This document shows, one piece after another, positions 49,942 through 62,224 of a stretch of DNA of 64,000 nt. Under the pieces are notes generated by a model that was not told where the DNA came from, made no database searches, and saw nothing but the letters and a program-made list of their open reading frames with translations. Every line of letters starts with the position of its first letter. Within the stretch, counting starts at the first letter, position 1. The position numbers and the translations under genes are program-made. Location: NCBI GenBank assembly GCA_001662655.1, contig KV460226.1, one strand, 5' to 3'. Source of the stretch: Pseudogymnoascus verrucosus. Taxonomy: Eukaryota.

Positions 49942-50048
49942 TTAATCCGGTATCTTTTCAACAACGGTGAATAGTTAATCCGCTATATTTTCGGCGACGG
50001 CATATTATTAATCCACAATTTTTCGGCATCGGTAGATATTAATCCGCT
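49942..50048. repeat. Degenerate 31-33 bp tandem array with TTAATCC cores at 49942, 49975, 50008 and 50039
   Basis: Units share TTAATCC..TTTTC..CGG. Confidence 0.75.
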
Positions 50049-52699
50049 CACCCGGAATATCAATACTCCACCCCATCATCCCCCAAAGGTACCCATGTAC
50101 AGAACTCACTCACTCTACTTCACCCAACCCACCACCACCACACCCCATACCATACGGTCGCAGCGCAGCCCCCATCCTCCCCTCTAATTGGCCCAACACC
50201 ACCAGCATCACCAGGGTCATCCCCGCCACCACATTAAACCCGTTCCCAGCCCGTTTCTCCCCCCCTAAAACATGTCTCGGACGGGATGGGGAGTGTACCG
50301 TAACGGGCGTGCGATGGTGCGAGATGGGCGAGATGGGCATGGACGACGGATATGAGCATGGACATGGGGAGTAAGCTGAGCTGCGCTAGTGGTGGGCAGG
50401 TCGGGCAGGGGAGAGAGGAGGGTCTGGATGCTTGGTGGGAGGGGTGTGTGGTGGGAGGGGGTGTGTGGTGGGTGGTGGGAAGTTGGAAGTGGAGAGGGAG
50501 GGGAGGAGAGGGGGTGATGAAGTCAGAGGTGATAAGGGATAGGGATAGGAGGTATTGGTGGTTATGATAGAGGGGGAGGTGTTATCGTTGACTGTGTGGG
50601 AGTGAGGCTGGTAGTAGAGTTGGTTGGGCGGGGTGAGGGGATTCTGCTAGTCGTCGCTTTTGATGGCAGTTAGTCCCTTACAGCTTACAGCTTGCAGCTT
50701 GCTTGAGGTAAGGCACTGTTGCCTGAATCACGTGATGTGTTCCAGGCTGTGGTGTTCTGTCTATACTGTACTATACTGGACTGTACTATACTACACAGTT
50801 TGTATACGGGGCCACAGGTCCAGTCTAACTCCAGTACTAGCATGGTCTAAATGGGGATACACGTGAGACTGGCCACTACGAGTCGAGCTAGACTTCTAGT
50901 AATCTAGTAATCAAGCTACGGTCCCAGCTAACGGGCCCATAGTTATGAGTCTTAGTCGGAGATATTGTCTCCGCCCTGTTCCGTGAAGGGAGGTATAGAT
51001 AGATAGTACTTGCTTTTGCTGTGGTGGGAGTATTGGAGGTGCGTGTACCCTTCTACTGGTTCTCCATACTCTCCGTCTATACTTGGTAATGCGGGAATAC
51101 GAGGCGAGACATCCATAGCATACCAGAGGAGCAGAGTACAGTATCAGAACAAGATAGAGGACGCGTCTTCGTTCCCTTGCTGTCGTGGTTACTCGTACAG
51201 CGTATAGCGTACAGTACAGCCCTGCGTACAACACAGAATGCATCTCTGTTCTGTGCTGTGTGATCTATCTATCCGTCCCAGCCACACTCTGTGTATATCC
51301 TCACATTCTATATCGAGAATCTGTAAACAGCTGCAGGCAGGCACTCATATACTATCCCATATCAAACACCCTGAATGCGGTCTTTCTCGTGCATATAGTG
51401 CATATATCCTCTTCTCCCCCCTCGACGATCGCGCAAACGCCAAGTCCTTCTACTGCTCTACTACAGCACCTCATCGCAGACGGTACATGCGCTTACCCGT
51501 TCTTCCTGCCCGACCGTATCTGCGCTAGGGAGGATGATTGCACGTACCGTTAGGTAGGGGTGACTTGTTCTCTTGTAGTTGATTGTAGCCTATTTCTTGC
51601 CTCAGGCTTCAATAATCCCTTCTCTTCCTAGTGGTGTGAATGCTCTTCCCTCCCTTGCTTCCACCAAACAACCCACCACAACCCACCACTAACCCACCAC
51701 CAACTCACACTAATCACCTCCCAACACACCACCCTCCACCCCATTCCTTCCCTTTCCTCACCTTCCACTCACATACAATTCAACACCCAAATAACACCCA
51801 AATGTACTCTACTCCCTCTAAAAGTACATTTACATCAATACACCCTCCAAATACAAAACCCACATACAACCCATCCCAGTACCCATCCTAGTACCCCCCC
51901 CCAATCCACCACCCACCCACCCACCTCGTCCCCCCCTCCCTCCTTCTTCCCCTTCCCTTCCCTTCCCTCCCTCTCCCTTCCATCCTTCAAACTTGCGCGC
52001 TCTTGTCGTCGCCCATACTGATACAACCACCAAACTTCAATTTCCCCATATTCACGATACTTCATATCCCTTCCTTTGATTCTGTTACTACTCTTTTTGT
52101 TTCGTCTACTTATAAAAACTCTTTTTAATTGAGAAAGGTACTCCTGATACCACTCTGCTTGTCACTTGTCATTCGTCACCTCGCCCAACCAAATTCGCTC
52201 TTCCCCTAACTCCCGCAATCCGTCCACTCTTTCGCCGCTTCCACACCACACCCCGTTTGTCCGCCGCGACTCGCTCAAATCTCCCCCCCCCTCCACCCTC
52301 TACCACCCCATCGCGACAACATTCGCCATCGCAAACCCGCGATTCCGACGCAACAACAACAGCATTTCATACTCTTTTCACGACCTTGTACCAGCATAAC
52401 TACTTCAATACTCACTTTTTAATCGTCCATATTACACTCCGACAACTGTCGCAACTCGCCCGGTCGCTTCCGCGTCTCCTCATCCCGTCGCATCGGCATA
52501 CGTCAGCTTTGCGACACGGCTCCGTTTGCGCCCAACACCACATCGCACCACTCTAGACCCTAACCAACCCATGATCTAGAGTCCGAACCTCATCGCGACA
52601 ACAGGCGCACAGGCGTCGCTGCTAGACAGCGGCGACACGGCGAGCAACAGGCACGCAGAAACGGGGAACCCTTTTACGCCCAGACGTCACCATCAGCGC

Positions 52700-54706
52700 A
52701 TGCGAATGTTCCGCTTCTCTTCGTGGATCTCGGAATCCAGGGGAGGCGACGAGGCGGTCCATGGACACAACAAACTCGCCGGCATGGAACAGCCGCTCGA
52801 CAAGGACGCCCGCGACTACTCGGTCCAGCCCGTCGGCGCGACGAAGCGCAAGCTGGACGATCGCGACGCGCCACCGCTCGGGGTGAGCGCGTGCGCCGCG
52901 GCGGCGAAGCGCAAGAAGGAGTGCGACAACAACATGGGAGCAGGGTTGAGCGCGCCGCAGGCGGGGGAGATTGAGGCGACTGCGACTGTGCCGAATAGGT
53001 CGAAACCGGGCGCGCTGGCGAGGATGCGCGAGGTCATCGATCACCAGCTCAGTCTCGAGGTGCTGATGAAGCATGATGAGCTGCGTCGCATCGATCAGGA
53101 ACTTGCGAAGGCGACGGTGGCGCTGGATCAGTTGCGCCGTTGCCACCTCATACCTTTCCCTGTGTCTCTGGGGAGCCCGGAGGCTATGTTGACGGTCAGC
53201 ACTGGGACGGGCCCATCGATACCTCAGGCGCGTCGCACGCAACCGCGCATGGCGGCGCCGTTTGGCGTGACGGAGGGACCGTACAGCAGGCATTACGCCA
53301 GCTGGCTCATCCCGGATCCGGAGTTCGACGGTGTGCAGACAGGTTGGGGCATGCTGCCTGGCGCAGCTGCGGGGAACAACACGGCACCGGGTCGCACGAC
53401 GAGGAATAGTCTTGCTCTTGAGACGCCAACGACGAAACCACGACGCGGCGCTGCGTCGAGTAAGAAGCTTCAGGCGCTACCGAGCGGGTATCCGCCACCC
53501 AAGGAGACTGCGGGACCGCTCGTGCTCAAGCGCGCTGATGGGCAGTGGGTCAAGCTTGTGTGTCTCGTGTGCCAACGCGAGAACTTCGGCAGCACGCAGG
53601 GCTTCATCAATCACTGCCGCATCGCTCACCACCGCGAATTCAAGTCCCACGAAGAAGCCGCATCGCAGAGCGGACAGCCCGTCGAAGTCGACAGCGTCAC
53701 CGGCAGTATCGTCGGCGGTGACTCGTCGAAACCCGCGCCACCTACGACCAACACACCCACCGGCTCAAGCACACTCGTGCACCCGCTCATCCGCTCTGTA
53801 CCATACGATCGCCAGACCGTCAACACGCTACTCGAGCGCATCAGCGAGGGGACGCGGATGTTCTACGAGGGGAAGCTGCCGGGTATCACGTCCATCCCCA
53901 GCGTCGCCCCTGCTGCGCCTTCGCGGAAACGCTCAGAGCCGCATGATGGATTTGTGGCCTCTGACTCTGCACCTTGTCTCTCGCGCCTACTTCATCGGAG
54001 AGGGTTCGGGCAGAACCTAGATCAGCTTGTTGAGGAGGTTAAGACGCCGACGAAGCGGAGGAGAGTGGTTGGGACGGATGGGGTGAGTGATTCGGCGAGT
54101 GATTCGGACTCGGAGTTCGAGATGGACGCTCCTGAAGCTGCTGTGTTGTCACATGATGCTCCCGTCAACGGCGAGGTCGCTGCTGTTTCTGCTACTGCTG
54201 ATGCGGCGGCGCCGATGTCTACACCGCAGCCGCAACGACATGCTCCGATCTTACCGCCTGGGTTTGCTAGACCGGGTAGTAGCAAGGGCCCTTCTACCAC
54301 GCTTCGTAGACCGGGTATGATGCCTTCGAATCTGTATAGCACGCCGGGTAGCCCACCCACGCCCGCCTCGCAACACATACTCCGCCTACCCCTCATGGGA
54401 CCGTATGACACCATTTCCTCCTCCACCTCCTCGGACGACATCGACGTCGAGATGGACGCCGCGGATCTCTCGCCCGCTACTGCATCCAACAAAGCACCTT
54501 CTTTGATCTCGGATGATGGGGAGTACAGCTATGTGGAGGATGGGGAGAGTAGTGGTGCGGAGGAGAGCGTGGAGGGGGGTGATGAGGGGGAGGGAGAGGA
54601 GGAGGTGGAGATTGAGGAGGTTGGTGTGGTGAGGACGGGGAAGGGGGGGGCGAGGAGGAAGGGGGGGGAGGTGGGGTTTGTGAGGGCTGTTAAGGGGGGG
54701 AAGTAG
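52700..54706 (+). CDS. AHC1: ADA histone acetyltransferase complex subunit Ahc1
   Basis: LEVLMKHDELRRIDQELAK..LDQLRRC; KRADGQWVKLVC..C.RENF.STQGFINHCRIAH. Confidence 0.88.
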   Translation: MRMFRFSSWISESRGGDEAVHGHNKLAGMEQPLDKDARDYSVQPVGATKRKLDDRDAPPLGVSACAAAAKRKKECDNNMGAGLSAPQAGEIEATATVPNRSKPGALARMREVIDHQLSLEVLMKHDELRRIDQELAKATVALDQLRRCHLIPFPVSLGSPEAMLTVSTGTGPSIPQARRTQPRMAAPFGVTEGPYSRHYASWLIPDPEFDGVQTGWGMLPGAAAGNNTAPGRTTRNSLALETPTTKPRRGAASSKKLQALPSGYPPPKETAGPLVLKRADGQWVKLVCLVCQRENFGSTQGFINHCRIAHHREFKSHEEAASQSGQPVEVDSVTGSIVGGDSSKPAPPTTNTPTGSSTLVHPLIRSVPYDRQTVNTLLERISEGTRMFYEGKLPGITSIPSVAPAAPSRKRSEPHDGFVASDSAPCLSRLLHRRGFGQNLDQLVEEVKTPTKRRRVVGTDGVSDSASDSDSEFEMDAPEAAVLSHDAPVNGEVAAVSATADAAAPMSTPQPQRHAPILPPGFARPGSSKGPSTTLRRPGMMPSNLYSTPGSPPTPASQHILRLPLMGPYDTISSSTSSDDIDVEMDAADLSPATASNKAPSLISDDGEYSYVEDGESSGAEESVEGGDEGEGEEEVEIEEVGVVRTGKGGARRKGGEVGFVRAVKGGK

Positions 54707-55370
54707 ACTGGCCCGAGTGCTGTCTGGCTTTCGTGTTGGGGAGGAGGGATGTGATCTCCCGAGGTGGAGTGTGGCCATTACCCACGACTCCTGTTCTACG
54801 CCACTCTGGCATCTTTTTTTTTGACACTCTTATTACGCTTTTTAGTTCCGGGGAAAAGGGAGGGGATGTTCTGTTTTTTTCTGTGTTTGAGATGCTTTCT
54901 TTCTCGAACACGACATACAAAACCTGTTGGTCGATAGGGTGGGGAAGGGGTGGATGGGATGGATGGGGTGGGATGGCGTCTAGCGGCTTAGCATGCATTG
55001 TTTGGTCGGTTTTTGCGATCTTTGTGATTTTCTGGGGGGTGGGGTGGGGGGTGATTTTCTTTTGTTTTGGGGATGGGGAGGTGTATGATATAAGAACAAG
55101 GGGAGGGTGGATGATGGGGACGGGGATGGAGGGTGAAGTGAAGGGGTAGATGGCTGTGGTTTGGCCTGGTGTTGTGTGATGATTTGTACGGGAAAGGAGG
55201 GGAGAGACGGGAAGGAGACGAGAAGGCGTAGAAAGAATGAAAAAAGATATGCTTTTAATCTTACTCTTAACTCGTGAAGTGATGGATAGACGTGTTTGTC
55301 CTTAAGCCTGTGCTCATGCTCGTGCTCGTGCTTCGTATTTGCCCTTTTCCATTCCTCACTCGCCCGTCGT

Positions 55371-55750
55371 CATCAGTTTATACTCTGATGTGCGTTCATG
55401 AAGATACTAAGTCTTCATGAACCCACAGGTTTCCCTGTTATTTATGTGTATTAAACTCCCCTCTTTCCCTCCCTAGAACAACGTTTCGGACACACGCTCA
55501 GACTCGCCCATCTACTGTGTGACGACGAGGTGGTAAGATAAAAAACCCCTCGTCGTCGTGGTTGTGATAGTTTCTCCCCGACCTCGTAGACATCGTTGGG
55601 GTACTATCCAGCAACCTGTTCCGTCTGCCTCCTGTGGCTGTTGAGCTGGGTATTGATGGGTCTTACGGCACTTACAATAGGGAAAGCTTGAGATACATGA
55701 AATAGATACTGGTGGTGCTATTGCTGTCGGTGGGCGCTACTATTGTTAGG
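55371..55750 (+). ncRNA. Candidate structured RNA (unassigned)
   Basis: Seven closely packed stems; G-U pairs favour the + strand; no known family recognised. Confidence 0.35.
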
Positions 55751-56839
55751 GGATTGATTCTCACTGTGAGTTTTGAATTCTCATTTTCTTGTCACTACTT
55801 CCCGATGCTGTTGTCGAGGCATAAAAAATTCTAAGTTACAACCTTCTTTCTTGTCGCCGTTCCAACGCTGTTGTCGTTGAAGACCTGCTGCTGTTGTTGT
55901 GGTAGTAATTCTTGGACTTTATTTCCCCGTCACCCCTCAGTGCTGTCGTTGAGCCTCCCCCACCACCACCACCACTGCTACCTCACAACCCGCCAACTCA
56001 GCTTCACCACCCTTCCTCCGCCATCATCCTTACTTATCCAACACCATTCCAACTCACCCCATCATCCTCCATCATCATCCTCATTCACCCAGTTCTCCAC
56101 GCTGGGTGCTGAATTCCGAGTGGTGCTCAACCCCCGCCTCAGTCATCCTACCTTACCCCCCCGTCGTTGCCACTAGCGGCAAGCTTAATCCTAGCTCCGC
56201 GCTCACGGTCCATCGAGTAAGCCAAACCGGCAGCCTCGTCCTTTCAACACCTCGTGCGCAACACTTCCACGGGAATTTATTTTCTGTCTTCTTTGTTCCG
56301 CCACAACTCCGCGATCTTAACTTTCTTCTGACGAAGCTTCTTTTTGCGAAAGAGGGGTTTTTTCTTGTTTGGGATCGTCGACGACTGTTGCTGTTGGGTT
56401 CTTTTCTGCTGGGAGATTGGATAGGTTGGTAGGATTGGGATTTTGAGCAAGAGGGAAGGATTTGGGGTTAGTGGTATGTTTGGGCTCTTGTCTGCTTTGC
56501 TTGCTTTGGGTTTCCTGTCTGTCTGTTTGGATTGGGCTGGTTCATGGTGATGGGGGTGGAAGGTGCGAGAAGTGTGTGGGCATCTACTGGCTTTCTTTGA
56601 GTTTGCGCTCAGAGCTGGTTTGATCTACACAGTTCGCAACTCTCTTCCGTTTCCTGTTGCTGGCTTTCTTTGGTCAACACACACACTCGCTCTTCAACTT
56701 TCTTGGTGTCAGGCTTGCTTTGATCAAGGGGACTTCGCTAACGTCGCGCGCTGCGGGTTCAGGTTCTATTCACTACTGCACGACGACAAAGACTTCTGGA
56801 TACCTACTTCCTTCGACAACACAACACCCAAACACAAAT

Positions 56840-57685
56840 ATGTCGGATACCGAGCCAAAGCCGGCCGATGAGGTGATGGCCGCTGGGGATGATGAGACGA
56901 ATGAGGAGGTAAGCTCCCCCTCCCCCACTCCCATCGACACGCACATACCCACAACACAGAAAGACAAATACTAACACCCCACCCCCAGGAAGAGATCTCC
57001 GCCATGAAGCGCCGCGTCGCAGAGATGGAAGAAGAAGCCGCAAAGCTGCGCGAGATGCAAGCGACCCTCGACCAACAGAGCTCGGAGATGCACGATGACA
57101 AGGAGGACATTGATAGTCGCTCGATCTTTGTGGGGAATGTGGATTATGCGGCGTCGCCGGAGGAGATCCAGGCGCATTTCCAGAGCTGTGGGTCGATTAA
57201 TAGGGTTACGATCTTGTTGGACAAGTTTACGGGACAACCGAAGGGGTACGATTCCTGATTTAGTTTTTTCTCGTTGTTTTAATATGTCTTTTGGTCACGA
57301 ACTGTGACGGATAAGTGGGAATTGGGGGGTGCGCTGCCTGGCAAGAGATGGATGCTAATTAGGTGGTGCAGGTACGCGTATGTTGAGTTCACGGAGCCGG
57401 CCTTTGTGGCGCAGGCGTTGGTGCTCAATGAGAGCTTGTTCCGTGGGAGGAACCTCAAGGTTTGTGAATTCTGATCTGGCCGAGTGGATTGGTGGGCATG
57501 TGGATGATTATACTGACAACGTGCAGGTCGACCCGAAGAGGACGAACATCCCAGGCATGACGAGGGGTCGCGGCCGCGGACGCGGAGGAAGGGGAGGCTT
57601 TGGAAGAGGGGGTTTCCCGCCGAGGGGAGGATACAGAGGAGGCTATCGTGGGAGCTCGCGTGGACGTGGATTCACTCCTTATTAG
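56840..57685 (+). CDS. PAB2: Nuclear poly(A)-binding protein 2 (PABPN1/Pab2), 4 coding exons; probable 5'UTR intron
   Basis: Coiled coil [35 protein letters not shown] tail ending FTPY. Confidence 0.95.
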
Positions 57686-58685
57686 ATGATGGTGGAGGAC
57701 GGGCCGGGACCAATTGGAAACTCACTGTACGATAGAGCAGGCCGCGAGGGAGAAGATTTGGACCGGACCGCCGCCATGAATGGAGATCAGATCAGATGCA
57801 GATGCAGATGAGGTGAAGGGAGCCAAAGGGAAAGGTGATCTTTTGAGTTAATGATGCTGCTGCACTCCTCTGCGTAGTTATTTGGACTGGTTTATACACG
57901 CACACTCATGGCCTGTGTCTGGCATTTGTGCCCGTTTATAAAATGTGACTGTTTGACTGGTGACGCACATGGACCCTTTCGATTACGATTGGCTTTTTTC
58001 CCTCGTTGCCGAGAAAAAAAAATCCCTTCAGGGCGCCAAAACTAAAATAGTAACTCGGGCGACTGCATACTATCACTACAGATTCAAAATCCAATTGCCC
58101 ATTGTTCAAAACAATCGTCTTAATTCCTCTCCAATACCAAAAATCCTCGCCAAGCCGTCTCCTTCGTAAGCAGCCGCCCTCCCAAAACTCCCCTCCCGTC
58201 CTTGTAGCGAGAATCGGCGAGAGACGAAACGGCCTTGTGCGCAAAACCCCACTAAACCGCATTCAGCGAAGTGGGCATTCCAGCTCTCTATCGCCCAGGG
58301 AAGGTGTGACACTGACGGCGGCACAACCTGTTATCTCGAAGGCCTTCACCAACGATCGGCAGCAACCCCCTCGCAGCATCAAACCTACATCTCGCAGACT
58401 TCCCTCGAGGCTGCCGAGCACCCCCGCCACACGCACCCGCACCAGTGATGCTGACGGCCCGCGTCTGAACGCCCTAGCTAGCCTGCTTTTCGACTCCGGG
58501 GGCGACACGCCTTGCACAGCCCCAGTCATTTGGAACGAGTTGGAGAGAGGCGCCTACGCACGACAACGAAACCCGACAGACTCCTACACCCAACGGCGCC
58601 GGGTCTGTTCCCAGGACCTAAAGATTCGCCCGCCGATTTTTAATACCACGCGATTAGAGGCGAGTGTGAGAGAGTTGTTGCTGCC

Positions 58686-61492
58686 ATGTCGGCGAGAACG
58701 GGCGTCGATACCAGTCTGCCTGGGTAAGCTCCGCGTCATCTGTTGTGTGTGGACGGGGACTAACTGTGGATTAGGCAGCCCAACATCAGGGTTACGAGTA
58801 GGAGACCCCTTTGTGGAGAGTGTGATGGGATTGTACTGACGAGAGTGTAGTCATTGCTGCTGATGGATTGTATAAGCGCGAGGTGTTCCGTATGTCGTCG
58901 ACTCGTCCTTCCCCGCTCTCGAGTCCGTGGAGAGGCTGATTTTTGTTGGTTTTAGGATTCCCGGACCCTTTTGCTGTCGCGACGCTCAATGGCGAACAAA
59001 CGAATACGACGTCGGTGATTAAGCGGACGCTGAACCCGTACTGGAATGAGACGTTTGAGATGTGCGTGTTGCTGTCATCGGTGCTGGTGGGGTTTGTTGG
59101 GTGGTTCATTTGCTGACGAGGCTACAGGCGTGCTACGGAGGATAGTATACTCGCGGTTCAGGTGTTTGATCAGAAGAAGTTTAAGAAGAAGGATCAAGGA
59201 TTCTTGGGGGTTATCAATGTTCGGATTGGTGATGTGGTCGACTTCAATTCTGGGGAAGATGGTGAGCCGTCCCGCTGCCAACGGTCTACTCCTACGATAT
59301 ACTAACGACCATGACAGAGATGCTCACGCGTGACCTGAAGAAGTCAAATGACAACCTCGTCGTTCATGGAAAGCTAATCATTAACCTGTCGACTAATATG
59401 TCCGAGCCAGTACGCAATGCTGCCCCAGCACAATCGACTCGACCAACGTTAGGATCCGCACAAAGTTCGGTTGCCAGCGGTGGATTCCCAGGAGCCAGGT
59501 CAGATACCCATGTAGCGGAACCACAAGGTGTCATGATGGCGAACGGTGCGATCTCGACTGCCCCAACGCCTGGACGAGCCCCAGTCGCTGGAAGTATGGG
59601 CGCCTCAACAGCCAGCCAGTCCACCGTACCGTCCTCTCGCGCACCGACTGTGCTCAGCTCATTTGAAGATGCACAGGGCAGACTACCTGCTGGCTGGGAG
59701 CGCCGCGAGGATAACGTTGGGCGCACGTACTACGTTGATCACAATACCAGGTCTACGAGCTGGGTCAGACCGCAGGCTAGTGGAAACGCCGAGACCCAGC
59801 GCAACGAGCGTGATGCCAATACGGCGGTGGAGCGACAGAGACATCAGAACCGGACCCTTCCAGAGGACAGGACTGGCGCCAGCTCACCAGGCATACCGCA
59901 GCCATCACCACCTCCCTCCGTTAGTAGCCAGGCGACCAGCAGCTCACTCGCTATGCTTGCCACTGGAGCCACTTCTGCAGGTACAGGCGAACTACCACCC
60001 TTATGGGAACAGAGACATACGCCAGAAGGACGTGCATACTTTGTCGACCACAACACTCGAACTACAACATGGGTGGACCCTCGTCGGCAACAATACATCC
60101 GGATGTACGGTGGGCAGAACCAGAACAATACCATCCAACAGCAGCCAGTGTCCCAGCTTGGGCCGCTGCCCAGTGGATGGGAGATGCGACTCACAAACAC
60201 CGCCAGGGTGTACTTTGTGGACCACAATACTAAGACGACGACTTGGGATGATCCTAGACTTCCTTCTTCCCTGGACCAGAACGTTCCGCAGTATAAGAGA
60301 GATTTCAGGCGCAAGCTTATCTATTTCAGGTCCCAGCCGGCCTTACGCATCTTGTCTGGCCAGTGCCACATCAAGGCCCGCCGTTCTCATATCTTCGAGG
60401 ACTCTTATGCTGAGATCATGAGGCAGAGCGCGACGGATCTGAAGAAGCGCTTGATGATCAAGTTCGAGGGCGAAGATGGTCTCGATTACGGTGGAGTTTC
60501 CAGAGAATTCTTCTTCCTCCTCTCTCACGAGATGTTCAATCCTTTCTACTGTTTATTCGAGTACTCAGCGCACGACAACTATACCCTTCAGATCAACCCT
60601 CATTCCGGTATCAACCCGGAGCATCTCAACTACTTCAAGTTCATCGGCCGCGTTGTCGGCCTTGCGATTTTCCACCGCAGGTTCCTGGATGCGTTCTTCA
60701 TCGGAGCGCTGTACAAAATGATGCTGCATAAGCCTGTGTCACTACAGGACATGGAGGGTGTCGACGCCGACTTCCACAGAAGTTTAGTGTGGACGCTCGA
60801 GAACGACATTGAGGGTGTCCTAGACCAGACATTCTCGACAGAAGATGAGCGCTTCGGTGTCACAAGCGTGGAGGACCTGAAGCCCGGCGGAAGAGACATC
60901 GCCGTGACGAACGAGAATAAGAAGGAATACGTTGATCTGATGATCAAGTGGCGCATCCAGAAGCGCGTGGACGAGCAGTTCCAGGCCTTCGTTACCGGCT
61001 TCCACGAGCTGATCCCCGCGGACCTGGTTAACGTCTTCGATGAGCGCGAGCTCGAGCTGCTGATTGGTGGTATTGCCGAGATCGATGTCGATGACTGGAA
61101 GAAGCACACCGATTACAGAGGATACCAGGAGTCGGACGAGGTCATCAAGTTCTTTTGGCAGACGATCAAGAGTTGGGATGGCGAGCAGAAGTCTCGTCTC
61201 CTGCAGTTTGCTACTGGTACATCGCGTATTCCCGTCAACGGATTCAAGGATCTCCAGGGTAGTGATGGGCCGAGACGCTTTACGATTGAAAAGGCGGGTG
61301 ATGTTGGGAATTTGCCGAAGTCGCATACTTGGTAAGTCTTGTCTATCTATTGATGGGGAGTTTTGGGGACATTTGCTAACACGTATGAACAGCTTCAACC
61401 GTCTGGACCTGCCACCTTACAAATCACTAGACGCATTACAGGGCAAGCTCACGACGGCGGTGGAGGAGACCATGGGCTTCGGGCTGGAATAG
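58686..61492 (+). CDS. RSP5: NEDD4-family E3 ubiquitin ligase Rsp5/HulA (C2, 3 WW, HECT), multi-exon
   Basis: [17 protein letters not shown]2 exons; three WW domains; HECT with LPKSHTC(spliced)FNRLDLPPY. Confidence 0.98.
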
Positions 61493-62224
61493 AAACGTAT
61501 CTTTACTCCACAATGCAGAGGGTGCAGAGGAGGAGGAGGAGTAGGATTTTTGTCTTGGTAGTTTGGGACGGATGAGAGGACCAAAGAAATTTTAACTTTT
61601 TACGATTTCTAGTGTGGAGGGGGAGGTATAATAAAAAGGTACACGCCCCAGCCGAAGATCTTGTCCGTTCTCTTTTTCTTTTTTCTTTTGCACCATCATC
61701 AGCTGGGTTCCGAGGGAGATGCATCTTTGTTTGGGAAAACTACTTTGCTTGAAAGTTGAGGAATGGGGTGGGTAGATGGGTGGATGTTGGAGGATGTTTG
61801 AATTTGTGCGGGAGGGGGGGTTTTTTTGGATTGAAAAGGGGGGGTGGGTGTGGGATAGTGATACATAGTGACTGGACGTAATTACTGGTTATTATGCTTG
61901 TTTTGAGATGTGCTGTGTGTGTGTGATGTGATGAGATGTGAGTCAGGTTTGGAAGGAGAGTGGGAGAGCATCCCTTTTTTATGTGAATGGTCACTTGATG
62001 CATCTTTTATGAGTTTTTGAAATCATTAATGGATTATTCTATTGCATCCGCATAATCTTTCTCAAACAAACGCCATATCCCAACCCTTTTTTGGTCTTTC
62101 TGTTTTATCCCAATATTTCCCAGACAAACACCGTATTGCAAACCAAAAAAAAATGGTATCCTTTCGTATTCTATCCCAAACCTTTCCCAGCTAAACGCCA
62201 TACTTCAAACAAAATTTCTCACTC

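Noticed and set aside
52556..52564. ACCCTAACC as a telomerase RNA template
   Set aside because: Better explained as an intron branch point ~140 bp before the AHC1 ATG; no pseudoknot, CR4/5 or Sm site recognised
49600..52600. Many short or antisense ORFs here and across the window
   Set aside because: Products of C/G-skewed low-complexity DNA or shadows of real genes; no domain-like content
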